64,000 nt of DNA, from NCBI GenBank assembly GCA_034006035.1, contig JAVETN010000010.1, positions 28,448 to 92,447 of the forward strand, read 5' to 3'. The translations under genes were made by a program, and so were the position numbers. This document shows positions 28,558-38,644 of the stretch, in pieces. The stretch comes from Desulforegulaceae bacterium. GTDB taxonomy: Bacteria > Desulfobacterota > Desulfobacteria > Desulfobacterales > JACKCP01. The notes under the pieces were generated by a model, which saw nothing but the letters and a program-made list of their open reading frames with translations, did not search any database and was not told where the DNA came from. Positions within the stretch are counted from its first letter, which is position 1. Every line of letters starts with the position of its first letter.

Positions 28558-30459
28558 TTAAACTAAAGGAGCTTGATTCAAATTGACCATTTCCTCAACC
28601 TCATGGGCTTTCATTGGTTTTCCAAAGTAATATCCCTGAATACAATCACAGCCCATTTTATAAAGGAGATTATTTATTTCTTTTGTTTCAACACCTTCGG
28701 CAGTTGTTTTCTTTTTAAGACTTTTACCAAGGCTTATAATTGCTTGAACAATTTGCCTGTTTTTCAAAGAAACGTCCATACTTCTAACAAAAGAAAGATC
28801 AATTTTTATATTATCCACTGGAAACATATTAAGATAGCTTAGGGAGGAAAAACCAGTGCCAAAATCATCAAGAGCAATTGAAAACCCAAGCTGATTAAGA
28901 TATTTGAGATTTGAAATTACAAGACTTTGATTTATCATTAAAACACTTTCAGTTACTTCAAACTCTATTTTTTCAGGATTTACATTGAATTTTTGAATAA
29001 TTCTAATGATTTTTTCAGGAAACTTTTCACTCTGAAGATCTATAGCAGAAAGGTTCACTCCAATAGTAAGATCATAGCCTTTTTCATTCCATTTTTCTGC
29101 CTGTTCAAGAGATTTAATAAGTATATGTTCTGTCAGTTTTTTTATATTCCCTGTGTTTTCAGCAATTGGAATAAATTTACCAGGGGGAATCAGTCCGTGC
29201 ACAGGATGCTTCCACCTTGCAAGAGCCTCAACTCCTGTTATTCTATTGCTCCTAAAACAATATCTTGGTTGAAATAATGGAAAAATATTATCATTTTCCA
29301 ATCCTTCCTTGAGATCTGTTTTTATAATAATATCAAAAGAATCAAGGTTATCGTATTGTTTGCTGTAAAAACTGATTCTGCTTTTGTCTGTTTTTGATTT
29401 ATTAAGAGCAAGATTAGCTTTACGAATTAAATCTGAAGTATTTTCAGCATCTTTTGGATAAAGAGAAATTCCCATTGAAATATCTATTTGAAATTTTTGC
29501 TTATCAAAAACAAAGGTTTTTTCACAATTTAACAAAATTCTTGAAGCTATTTCCAAAGACTCTTCTTCTGTTTCAATTCCAGGAAGAACAACAGCAAACT
29601 CATCTCCCCCCAATCTGCCCACAATATCATGAACTCTGCAGGATTCTCTAATCCTTGCTGAAACCACCCTCAGTACAAAATCTCCGGCCCGATGCCCAAA
29701 ATTATCATTAACTTCCTTAAATCTATCCAGATCCAGTTTTATAAAAGCTGTGGAACTGATTTTTTTATTTTCCAAAATTGATTTAAGTTTTTTAATTATA
29801 AAAGTTCTATTGGGAAGCAAGGTAAGAGAATCGTGGTAAACTCTGTGTCTTAGTTGCTTTGTCCTTTCTTTTACAGTCTTTTCAAGTAAAACATTATTTT
29901 CTCTTAAAATTTCGTACAACTCAATACTTTCAAGAAAATTTGAACATATAAGAAGAGTAATTGAAAGAAGAAGAAGGGAAATATCTGGAATTTTTTCCCT
30001 CTCCTTTTTTGCAAAGCTCCCTATAAATATTCCACTTATTCTGGAAGAAGTTGTCATAACATGGAGCAAAAGATCTATTTCAGGATCAAGAGAGCTGGTA
30101 ATTACAGACCTTTTTTCCCTTAAAGCCCTGGCAAATGTCCAGTCCTCTACAAGCCTTTCAACTTCCCGGAGTATATCAGCTTCTTTTAAACAATCGCTTT
30201 TATAGGCAAGTTTGAAATCGGAGCTGCTTTCATCAACAAGAAAAAAGGAAATATTTTTAAGAGGAAGAATTTTTTTTATTCTGGATTCAACATCTTTTAA
30301 AAAATTTAACTTATCATAATCTTTGTTTGTTAACCTGTCCTTAAAACTAAAGTCAAAAAGATTAAGGGCCTGCTCAAGCATTTCAGCAGAATAGCTGTTT
30401 GTTTTTTCAAGATGTTTAATTTTTTCTTCCAAAACCCGATCTTTTTTTGTAAAAAGCAT
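28558..30459 (-). CDS. GGDEF-EAL protein (diguanylate cyclase/phosphodiesterase) with an uncharacterised N-terminal sensor region
   Basis: Intact GGDEF preceded by the RxxD I-site (RVHDIVGRLGGDEF). EAL motifs EALARW, DDFGTGFSSLSYL, KIDLSFV, EGVET and QGYYFGKP are present. Confidence 0.9.
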   Translation of the reverse strand: MLFTKKDRVLEEKIKHLEKTNSYSAEMLEQALNLFDFSFKDRLTNKDYDKLNFLKDVESRIKKILPLKNISFFLVDESSSDFKLAYKSDCLKEADILREVERLVEDWTFARALREKRSVITSSLDPEIDLLLHVMTTSSRISGIFIGSFAKKEREKIPDISLLLLSITLLICSNFLESIELYEILRENNVLLEKTVKERTKQLRHRVYHDSLTLLPNRTFIIKKLKSILENKKISSTAFIKLDLDRFKEVNDNFGHRAGDFVLRVVSARIRESCRVHDIVGRLGGDEFAVVLPGIETEEESLEIASRILLNCEKTFVFDKQKFQIDISMGISLYPKDAENTSDLIRKANLALNKSKTDKSRISFYSKQYDNLDSFDIIIKTDLKEGLENDNIFPLFQPRYCFRSNRITGVEALARWKHPVHGLIPPGKFIPIAENTGNIKKLTEHILIKSLEQAEKWNEKGYDLTIGVNLSAIDLQSEKFPEKIIRIIQKFNVNPEKIEFEVTESVLMINQSLVISNLKYLNQLGFSIALDDFGTGFSSLSYLNMFPVDNIKIDLSFVRSMDVSLKNRQIVQAIISLGKSLKKKTTAEGVETKEINNLLYKMGCDCIQGYYFGKPMKAHEVEEMVNLNQAPLV

Positions 30460-30470
30460 TTGCTTTTACC

Positions 30471-31685
30471 CTAACTTAAAAATTCAAGAACTGTTCGCAT
30501 TTCAACCTTGAGATCCCTTATTATTACTGGAATAGAGTTTGGAGATAACCCTAAGATACCCCATGAGTAATCGTCAAGAGAAAAAATCAGCTTTTCACAA
30601 GAAAAACCAAGTTCAGCCGCATTGACTATTAGTTCTGCAAGATGGACTACAGAACATTGCAAAGGAAATTTAGACTTCCTTGGATTATGATGGTTTTTTA
30701 CAATATCTGTTAATAAATCAGGGAGTTTTGATTTTAAACAGATTTTTGCTCCAACTTCACAATGGGTAAAGCCAAGATATTTTTTCTCTGCTTCAAAGAG
30801 AAACAAATCCTTTTCCCAGGCTTTTTTAATTATAAACATTGTTTTTAAAGGCATTCTTTTCAAAATCACAAGTTTACCTATATCATGAATAAGACCTCCA
30901 ACAAAAATCTGGTTGTAATCCTGACAATCAGCCTGTCTTGCAATAATTTTTGAACAAAGCCCAACAGCAAGAGAATAAATCCATAGTTTTTTCATATCTA
31001 TATATTTTGAAGGAATTCCCTTAAAAGTTTTAATCACTGAAAAACCCATTGCAAGGAAACCTAACTGCCTTATTCCCAAAATAATAACAGCATTGTAAAT
31101 TGAATCAATTTTTTTAGAAAACCCATAAAACGAACTATTAACAAGCCTTAAAGTACCAAGAGCAAGAGAAGGATCTTTTTCAATAACTTTTGCAATGTCA
31201 GAAGCATTTTTTCTTGGGTCATCAAGAACTTCCATTAGTTTAAAAAAAACATCAGGAAAAACAGAAAGTCCTTCTTCATTGTTAACAAAATCTTCCAGGG
31301 TTACTTTATCATAGATTTCAATATCTTCATTTGATGGAAAATTATGAATAAAATTTTTGAGCCCGGAAATATTCATTTGATTTTCATAGGGCAAAAGAAG
31401 TTTAATTAATTTTTTTATACAAGGATTATCTATATTTGAACGACAAAAACGGGCATTTAATCTTTTGGCTAATCCTTCTAATCTTAGATTTTCTCCAAAA
31501 CTCTTTTCTTTTAAATCTTCTTTAAAAACAATATCAACCTCATAAACTCCCCACATTTTGAGTATGCGAAGATGGGAAATTTTTACTATTGAATCTTTAT
31601 TTAAAAGCACCCGCCCGTTTCTGTCTTTAATATCTTTTTTTACAATCATTCCTGGAACGAGATCGGATGTTGATATTTTTGCCAT
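30471..31685 (-). CDS. HDOD domain protein with DUF3391-like N-terminal domain
   Basis: N-terminus DLVPGMIVKKDIKDRNGRVLL. HDOD core (LRLVNSSFYGF...AVIILG...GLIHDIGK). Its stop lies 11 nt before the GGDEF-EAL start. Confidence 0.8.
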   Translation of the reverse strand: MAKISTSDLVPGMIVKKDIKDRNGRVLLNKDSIVKISHLRILKMWGVYEVDIVFKEDLKEKSFGENLRLEGLAKRLNARFCRSNIDNPCIKKLIKLLLPYENQMNISGLKNFIHNFPSNEDIEIYDKVTLEDFVNNEEGLSVFPDVFFKLMEVLDDPRKNASDIAKVIEKDPSLALGTLRLVNSSFYGFSKKIDSIYNAVIILGIRQLGFLAMGFSVIKTFKGIPSKYIDMKKLWIYSLAVGLCSKIIARQADCQDYNQIFVGGLIHDIGKLVILKRMPLKTMFIIKKAWEKDLFLFEAEKKYLGFTHCEVGAKICLKSKLPDLLTDIVKNHHNPRKSKFPLQCSVVHLAELIVNAAELGFSCEKLIFSLDDYSWGILGLSPNSIPVIIRDLKVEMRTVLEFLS

Positions 31686-31802
31686 AACTGATTCCTGTAA
31701 AAAAATTTACAATAAATTTAAACCTGAGCTTTAATGACTCACAATTCATCTGCCTGATTTCAATTTAAAACCGGATAATTGAATTTATCTTATCTAAAGA
31801 GT

Positions 31803-34800
31803 TTACTGCCTCCACAATTTCCAATAATTAACTTCTGACTGACGAGGTTCCATAAGATTTCCAGCAGAAGGGGGGGGAACTCCAGGAACAAAACCAATTA
31901 AACCACCATTATTAAAATCATCTTGGCCATAGTCTTTTATATCACCCCTTGAAAGCTGAATAAGATACCTGAATTTTGTTTTAGGATTGATTGTAAATGG
32001 ATCGTTGTCATCATCGCTAACACTACATAAGCTTTTTAAAATCGTCTTGCCTGTGGCACAATTTAAAGCCCAGGATCTTGACTGCCCTCCGCATTCACAA
32101 ACTGCATTGGTAGGCATGGCTGTGTTAAAAAACACAAGATTATTACTTCCGATTACAGCATCTGAATAACATCTTTCCCTTAAATATGGTGAATCATTTA
32201 AATCCAAAGGGATTTTCCACCCAAGATTTCCAGATTTTATATCATCAAGATCGCTGCATTTAAGATCATTTGCTTTCTTAATTGATTTAGTTCCTATAAT
32301 TTTTGACTCGTTTTTTTCATTAAATGGAAATGGGATTCCATACAAATAATTCCTGTTTTCCGAACCTTTCTGAGTGTCATCATTTGGAACAAAATATCTG
32401 CCTGTACCAAAATAAACATACGGATACTTGGTCAGGTTGGTAAAGCATCTGGACACAAGAATAGAAGCTGTAACAGGGTTCCCTTTTGCCCCTTCAAAAA
32501 AACTAGTATCATATTCCCACTCAGAGGGGCTGGCTGAACCTGTGTGTATTTTAATTATCCCGCCACCCATTTTTTTATACTTATCATCATTTTTTCCATT
32601 GGCATTATCTGTATAACCAAGAAAAACAAAATCTGTCTGTCCGTCATTATCTATATCCAGGCCATCTGTAAAAAGGCTTCCTCCAAAGGCATTTTCTATA
32701 CCTGTTGAATGTTTTTTTAATTCTGCCCCTGTTAAAAGATCAATTGTAAAGATTGAAAGGGGCTGAACTGAAGTGCCATCATATCCTGTAGTGCCTGATG
32801 CAAAAATTAAAAAATGCTTGTATTTTCCATCTGTTAATTTTCTTTTTACATAAGCTGGCCCTGAATATGAAAAACCAAGTTCATCAGGAGCGTATCTCCA
32901 AAGATATTTAGGATTCTGAGGATCGGTAATGTCTAAAGCAAAATATGCTGAACGCCCCACAGTTCCAGTATCTGAAGGAGGTTTAATTAAACCATTTTCT
33001 GTCCCCCCGCCCAATCTCATTCCGCCTATAAGTATTATTTGTGAGTCTGTATTGACTATGTATGGTGCCAGATCAACAGTATAAATATGTTCATAATCAG
33101 GTGATGCCAGGTAACGAAGGTAAGGCATTGAATCTTTAGGAACAAAAGCCCACTCCTCTTTACCGATTTTAACCTGGGTGCAGTCCACAGACTTTTTATC
33201 ACAAATTTCTGAGGGATTAAGTTTGTCTCCTGTACTTTTTAAATATCCCAGTCTAAAAGCATGGAGCATTCCGGAGTTGCTTCCAAGATAGACCATTGAA
33301 TAATCACCATAGCCTACTATAGTTGGTGTAGAATAAATAATATCTCCTAGTTTCCACACATTTTCTGAAAAAGAATCACTGGTTGTTCTTAAGCGGCATC
33401 CATCAAAATCTTTGCCCCTTGTATAATTTATAAGCTTTTTAAAATCAGGGTTTCCAGCTTGGTCCAAAAGGCATGGCTCATAACCAGCATTTCCTAAATT
33501 TGACTTGAACAAATGACTATTGGAATCCTTAAATTCTTTCAGTTTATCGTCTTTATCCACTCCCCAAATTTTTCTGTCCTCTGGTTTGGTTGTTTTTAAC
33601 TTTTCTCCGCAATCAAAAAGATTATTAACCTTCTGAAGACTTGAATGAGAACCTTCAGGATCTGTATCTGCTTTAACTCCATGTTTATTTGACTTATAAT
33701 AATTAACCTTGAGAGAATCATTTTCCACTAAATATTCAATTATCCTGTCTTCTTCAATATTAAGAATATAATTTTTATTTGTATCTTCCCTTATATTTTG
33801 AACTATTTCTGTTACACCTGAAGCATTTTTAAAATAATCGTTCAAATACCAATTGGCAACAAAATCACTTGCCCAGTTTATCTCTTTTTTATTCTCAAAT
33901 TCTTTATTTGGATAAAAAGCAGCCTGGCCAAGAACTGACCCCCCTGAAACCCTTGATGTAAGTGAAGTTACAGCAGTTCCTGAAGATGCTCCGTGGCGAA
34001 TTTCGCTAAAAATTGCTGTAAAAGCACTTGCCATTGCATCTCCGTCACTGGCTTCAAAATAATTATCCGGGACTCCATCTCCATCTTTATCCCATTCTTT
34101 GCAGCAGTTGTTATATTTGCCTTTAGGATTGCAATTATCCGTAGGAAATTCAAACGTCCTACTATCTTTGACTTTATCAAAATCGTAGGGTTTATCAGAG
34201 GAACAACCGTCCAAGTCTTCGTATTTACCAAAGGCTGCAACAGTTTTCATGGAATTTTGACCTTTTTCATCATCTGAAAAAGCAAAAAGGGAATAAACCT
34301 CTGCATTTTGTTTGCCCGGAAAATCATCTTCAGTTCTTAAATCATTTAAATGAAGATTGTGTGCAGGTTTATAAGGATCTAAAGCTCCATCATTATATTC
34401 ACCATCTGAAATTAAAACTACATAGCTTTTTCTGCACCAGGCAGCCTCTAAATTACCATTGGAATTTTTTTCATAATATGGATCTTTTTCAGTTTCCGGA
34501 GCAAAATATGAACTATTATAGTCTTTCATCTTAGATTCAAAAGAAGTTTCATACCAAAAATTATGAGTAGTATAACTCTGGCTAAGGTAATAATGAGCTT
34601 CTCTTAGAGCCTCTCCTGTATGAGTTCCATTATACGGAAGAGATTTTTCAAATTGTTCAATTAATGTATCCATATTTTTTTCATGAAGCCCGAACTTAAT
34701 TTTCCCCTCTTTAACATTTTTATTACCGCTATTTGCATAGGCCATAAAACCAAATCTGACCTTATTAAAATTCTCCTGAATTATTCCTTTTCTGTCTTCT

Positions 34801-35465
34801 TTATCTACTTTAACACCTGCATAAACCCACTTCTTTCCAATTTTAAATCGCATTTTTTTATCTAAATAATTACCGCTGCTGTAATTTTCAGGAGCAATTT
34901 CAAACTTCCTTTCCTCATAATTACTTATTTTAATTATTCTTCTTGCACCCTGAGGTTCTAAGATGCAATAAGTTGAATAACATTTTCCTTTTCCTCCAAA
35001 AAGACCCTTAAATGCAGCATCTACTCTTGACATCAGAATAAAATTAAAAAAATTACCAGACACACTGTCAGTGTAGGAAGTTGGTACATCTTTTCCAGTT
35101 CCTGAAGGATTAATTTCCCAATATTCTTCGCTCTCATTATATTTGTAAAATTTGTATGAATCAAAATACCCGTAATATTTTTTTGTCTTGTCATATTCTC
35201 GATCCGAACTCCCACAATAGGAAACATTACTGTTGTAATATTTTTTATGACTTCCATAATAAGCAGGAGCCTGCATACTCCCCGAAAAGTCCATAACAAA
35301 CAAAACATTAGGCTTAACATCAGCACTTATAAAAGGGGGAAGAGCAGCATAATCTGAATTTGCGGCAAAGGCAGAAAAACTATTAAGACAAATAAAACCA
35401 AATCCAAGGAAAAAAATTGTTTTTTTAATCAATTTATTAAATATCATTTCTTTTTTCCCTTTCAA
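31803..35465 (-). CDS. pilY1: PilY1-like type IV pilus tip-associated adhesin (VWA-like N-terminus, PilY1 C-terminal domain)
   Basis: Signal peptide, MIDAS-like VMDFSGSM and Ca-site-like DIDNDGQTDFVF and DKDGDGVPD. 1220 aa, downstream of the minor pilins. An alternative ATG exists at 35447. Confidence 0.85.
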   Translation of the reverse strand: MKGKKEMIFNKLIKKTIFFLGFGFICLNSFSAFAANSDYAALPPFISADVKPNVLFVMDFSGSMQAPAYYGSHKKYYNSNVSYCGSSDREYDKTKKYYGYFDSYKFYKYNESEEYWEINPSGTGKDVPTSYTDSVSGNFFNFILMSRVDAAFKGLFGGKGKCYSTYCILEPQGARRIIKISNYEERKFEIAPENYSSGNYLDKKMRFKIGKKWVYAGVKVDKEDRKGIIQENFNKVRFGFMAYANSGNKNVKEGKIKFGLHEKNMDTLIEQFEKSLPYNGTHTGEALREAHYYLSQSYTTHNFWYETSFESKMKDYNSSYFAPETEKDPYYEKNSNGNLEAAWCRKSYVVLISDGEYNDGALDPYKPAHNLHLNDLRTEDDFPGKQNAEVYSLFAFSDDEKGQNSMKTVAAFGKYEDLDGCSSDKPYDFDKVKDSRTFEFPTDNCNPKGKYNNCCKEWDKDGDGVPDNYFEASDGDAMASAFTAIFSEIRHGASSGTAVTSLTSRVSGGSVLGQAAFYPNKEFENKKEINWASDFVANWYLNDYFKNASGVTEIVQNIREDTNKNYILNIEEDRIIEYLVENDSLKVNYYKSNKHGVKADTDPEGSHSSLQKVNNLFDCGEKLKTTKPEDRKIWGVDKDDKLKEFKDSNSHLFKSNLGNAGYEPCLLDQAGNPDFKKLINYTRGKDFDGCRLRTTSDSFSENVWKLGDIIYSTPTIVGYGDYSMVYLGSNSGMLHAFRLGYLKSTGDKLNPSEICDKKSVDCTQVKIGKEEWAFVPKDSMPYLRYLASPDYEHIYTVDLAPYIVNTDSQIILIGGMRLGGGTENGLIKPPSDTGTVGRSAYFALDITDPQNPKYLWRYAPDELGFSYSGPAYVKRKLTDGKYKHFLIFASGTTGYDGTSVQPLSIFTIDLLTGAELKKHSTGIENAFGGSLFTDGLDIDNDGQTDFVFLGYTDNANGKNDDKYKKMGGGIIKIHTGSASPSEWEYDTSFFEGAKGNPVTASILVSRCFTNLTKYPYVYFGTGRYFVPNDDTQKGSENRNYLYGIPFPFNEKNESKIIGTKSIKKANDLKCSDLDDIKSGNLGWKIPLDLNDSPYLRERCYSDAVIGSNNLVFFNTAMPTNAVCECGGQSRSWALNCATGKTILKSLCSVSDDDNDPFTINPKTKFRYLIQLSRGDIKDYGQDDFNNGGLIGFVPGVPPPSAGNLMEPRQSEVNYWKLWRQ

Positions 35466-35784
35466 AATAAATTAAAACAAGATTGCCCTTATTTGACAAA
35501 ACATGAACAAAATCATATTTTTTAATGATTTTAAAATTTTCATTTACATCAATTGTTCGAAGGGTTCTATAGTTGACTGGTTTTTGTCTATAAAATAAAA
35601 TTTGATTTTTTGATTTTCCAAGGTATTGAACAGGCCCTACAATAATTTTATAACCCTGATTTTCAAGCTTAGTTAAAAGAAGGGTTAAAGGAGATTCACT
35701 TTCAGGTTCAACCATTTGTTTTTCACAAAAGCCATTGCTGCTAAAGCAAAAAATCAGACAAATTATAATTAGAATATTTTTCAT
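35437..35784 (-). CDS. small secreted protein (115 aa) upstream of pilY1
   Basis: Signal peptide MKNILIIICLIFCFSS. Overlaps the pilY1 start and has no recognised family. Confidence 0.45.
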   Translation of the reverse strand: MKNILIIICLIFCFSSNGFCEKQMVEPESESPLTLLLTKLENQGYKIIVGPVQYLGKSKNQILFYRQKPVNYRTLRTIDVNENFKIIKKYDFVHVLSNKGNLVLIYFEREKRNDI

Positions 35785-35812
35785 TTTACCCCCGTATTCA
35801 CCTGTTTAAAAT

Positions 35813-36529
35813 TTATTCCTGCCTTAAAAAAAAGAAAATATTTTCAGGCATTCCAGCACTTGTTATTCCTTGAGGATTTACAACAAAGGGAAATTTATCA
35901 ATTGAAAGAACCCTTGCCACAAGGCGATTGTAATCTATTGAGTCAAAATTTAAATTTTCATCTTTGATTTCATCATTTAAATTTTCACAGGAGTTGTTTA
36001 TAAAACATTCAATTGCTTTATTTTTGTCTTTTTGAGCAATTGAAAAAACTTTCCTTGTTTTTTCAATACTGGTTTTAGAAAGAACAGGAACAATTACAAA
36101 AAAAACACTGAATTCATTATTTACTTCTGAAAGTTCTTTAACTTCCTTTGCAAGCTTATGACAATAATAACATTCAGGCTCTGAAAAAACATAGGCCTTT
36201 TTTTCACCTGTTCCTATTTGCAGCCCAAACATTTTTTCCGGTTTGATGCCTAAAAACTTAAACTCTATTCTGTTTTTAAGATAATCCATTTCAGGTACTG
36301 AATTAATTTGTCTTCCATTCCAAATATCAAAAAGCTCTCCTTGAAAAACATATCTTCCCTCATCAGAAATAAGATAATTAATTCCGGCTTTTGTTTTAAC
36401 AAAATTAAGTTTACCCAGGTTGATTCTAGTTTTTTCGATTATATTTTCAGGGGGAATAAATTCGGAAAAAGATAAACAAGGTAAAAGAAAAATAAAACAA
36501 ATCACAAGCAAATTTTTGTAAAATTTCAT
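35813..36529 (-). CDS. DsbC/DsbG-like thioredoxin-fold protein (CYYC active site)
   Basis: The ATG at 36529 gives the signal peptide MKFYKNLLVICFIFLLPCLSFS. The motif SEPECYYCHKL lies in a thioredoxin-fold context. Confidence 0.6.
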   Translation of the reverse strand: MKFYKNLLVICFIFLLPCLSFSEFIPPENIIEKTRINLGKLNFVKTKAGINYLISDEGRYVFQGELFDIWNGRQINSVPEMDYLKNRIEFKFLGIKPEKMFGLQIGTGEKKAYVFSEPECYYCHKLAKEVKELSEVNNEFSVFFVIVPVLSKTSIEKTRKVFSIAQKDKNKAIECFINNSCENLNDEIKDENLNFDSIDYNRLVARVLSIDKFPFVVNPQGITSAGMPENIFFFLRQE

Positions 36530-36548
36530 ATTTAACAGCCTTAAGTGA

Positions 36549-37085
36549 TTAATAGGAAAAGCCAGCTTCAACAACTACATTACCCCCGTGTTTTTGAGAA
36601 CGGGCTAAAACAACAAACTCGTAATCCTTAGAGGGATCTGAGCTTATTTTTTTATAAAAAAGAACATAACTAGCAGTTGGATCTATTGAAAGTTTGTCAG
36701 GTTTTATTAAAGAACCCCAATCCTTGAGAATATTATCAACCTCAATTGTATTAAAAGCGGACTTGGTATTAGATAAATATTTACCATCCACCTTATCTAT
36801 ATTCAGCCATGCTTCTGATTTTTCGTTTGAAATTTCTAAAAACATTGGTTGAGTGGATATAAAATCTATAAAAAGAGTTTGTCCTTCATTAATAGCTGCG
36901 TCTGCAAGAATTAGATTTTCTTTATATACTTTGTAATTACGGGTTATCTGTAAATCTATGGATGAGGTTGAAATGGAAGCTATTCCAATTATTGTTAGAA
37001 GTAGCATTATAACAACAGTGGTTAAAAGAACCGAGCCTTTTTCATTTTTACCTGATGATAGTTTGTAAATTAAAAGATTTTTCAT
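36549..37085 (-). CDS. pilX: PilX-like type IV minor pilin
   Basis: PilX_N-like N-terminus (GSVLLTTVVIMLLLTIIGIASISTSSIDLQITRN). Position in the operon. Confidence 0.65.
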   Translation of the reverse strand: MKNLLIYKLSSGKNEKGSVLLTTVVIMLLLTIIGIASISTSSIDLQITRNYKVYKENLILADAAINEGQTLFIDFISTQPMFLEISNEKSEAWLNIDKVDGKYLSNTKSAFNTIEVDNILKDWGSLIKPDKLSIDPTASYVLFYKKISSDPSKDYEFVVLARSQKHGGNVVVEAGFSY

Positions 37086-37102
37086 AAAAACTCTCTTCTT
37101 TT

Positions 37103-37498
37103 TTAGAAACCTTTTACCCAGGGAAAACTTAAAAAATGATCACGTTCGCCCTCTTTCCAGGAAACTTTAATCTCTATATCTAAAATTAAGCCAGGATTGT
37201 TATTTTTATTAACAGTCCATTGAAGATCATAACTTCTATTGCCAGCTTTTTTTACTTCCTTATGGGGAGAGTTTGGGTCAAGGGTTAATTTGAAATCGTC
37301 ATTAGTAGAGTCTGAGTTGGACAATTCCTCTATTTTATTCATGGCAATATCAGTGGCATGGACTATACTTCGTGAGTCAGCAAGACCTTTTGCAAAATGA
37401 GCCTGCATCATGCTAAGAGCAAAAAGGCCAATTGAAAACAAAGCCATTGCAAAAAGAACTTCAACTAAAGTAAAACCTGATTCATTGTTTTTTAACAT
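37103..37498 (-). CDS. pilV: PilV-like type IV minor pilin
   Basis: Prepilin signal MLKNNESG|FTLVEVLFAMALFSIGL. ATG at 37498 with GGGGAAG upstream. Confidence 0.75.
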   Translation of the reverse strand: MLKNNESGFTLVEVLFAMALFSIGLFALSMMQAHFAKGLADSRSIVHATDIAMNKIEELSNSDSTNDDFKLTLDPNSPHKEVKKAGNRSYDLQWTVNKNNNPGLILDIEIKVSWKEGERDHFLSFPWVKGF

Positions 37499-37513
37499 TG
37501 GATACTTCCCCAA

Positions 37514-38119
37514 CTATTTGTTTACCATATTTCTCAGATAAATTTCATTTTCAAAACAATAAGTATTGTCAAACTCCTCTTTATAAGCACCTGTTATTTT
37601 TCCACATATTTTTATTGTTACCATTCTTGTTTTATTTAAAGGTTCGTTGGTTCTTGGGATTTTGTTTTTAAGTAAATATTTAAAAACTACAGAATCTATA
37701 CTACCTTTTTCCGTGATGGCTTTAAATTCTGGATTTTGATCTAAACGATCTTTAAACTTTATAGTTCCTTCGACGCTATCAAACCAGTAAGTAAGATTAT
37801 AATCACAACTGCCTTTTGTTTCATAACTGTATTTAAAAGAAATACTATTCTCACTTGTCTCATCATTATTAAACCCAGCATTTGCACCTCCTGTAGGATC
37901 AAGACCAGCCATCATGATATCCCGAGACATCATTTCCATAACAGCTCTAATATCTTGCTGAACCCCTGCAACTTTTTCATAGACAGTGTTTAATTTATTG
38001 GTTGAAATAAAAAAACTTATAAGAGCAACAAGAAAAAAACCTGAAACTGCTAGAGCAACTAAAATTTCAATAAGAGTAAAGCCTTTTTCTTTGTTAAATT
38101 TACAACTGAACAGCCACAT
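37514..38119 (-). CDS. pilW: PilW-like type IV minor pilin
   Basis: Prepilin signal ...KEKG|FTLIEILVALAVSGFFL. Confidence 0.75.
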   Translation of the reverse strand: MWLFSCKFNKEKGFTLIEILVALAVSGFFLVALISFFISTNKLNTVYEKVAGVQQDIRAVMEMMSRDIMMAGLDPTGGANAGFNNDETSENSISFKYSYETKGSCDYNLTYWFDSVEGTIKFKDRLDQNPEFKAITEKGSIDSVVFKYLLKNKIPRTNEPLNKTRMVTIKICGKITGAYKEEFDNTYCFENEIYLRNMVNK

Positions 38120-38134
38120 AAAAATACCACCTTT

Positions 38135-38644
38135 TTAATTTATTTTAATTCTGCCGGTGGGCGTTACTTCTATAGTTATTCCATAACCAGAATCATTGGT
38201 AAATTTTACTTTTGAAGTATCAGTGATATTCGGCAAACCTCTGGAACCAAATAAAAAAAAATTCTTCGCAAAATTAACATTTTTAAATTCAAGACCTGAT
38301 TTACTATCTGCCTTAAAATTAAAAACAATTTCATCATCTGTACTTTCGCATTTATTGTCTTTATTTCCATCAAAACATGCTTTTGCACTTCTTCCTGAAT
38401 AATTAAAAACAACAAGACAATTTTGGTTTTTTTTAACTGCGGCCATTTTTGCTTTTTCAAGATTTGACTTAAGCTCCCTTGCAGCTGACTTTACCCTTGC
38501 TTTTGGAATAAGTTCTTTATATCCGCCTATGGCAAGGGAAACTACAATTCCAATTATAGCAATTACAATTAAGAGCTCTATCATGGTAAACCCATCAGAG
38601 TTTTTTCCATTTAAAAACATATTTGATTTAGCCTGCATTAACAT
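38135..38644 (-). CDS. fimT: FimT/GspH-like minor pilin
   Basis: Prepilin signal ...NSDG|FTMIELLIVIAIIGIV. GGAG lies 5 nt upstream of the ATG at 38644. Confidence 0.7.
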   Translation of the reverse strand: MLMQAKSNMFLNGKNSDGFTMIELLIVIAIIGIVVSLAIGGYKELIPKARVKSAARELKSNLEKAKMAAVKKNQNCLVVFNYSGRSAKACFDGNKDNKCESTDDEIVFNFKADSKSGLEFKNVNFAKNFFLFGSRGLPNITDTSKVKFTNDSGYGITIEVTPTGRIKIN

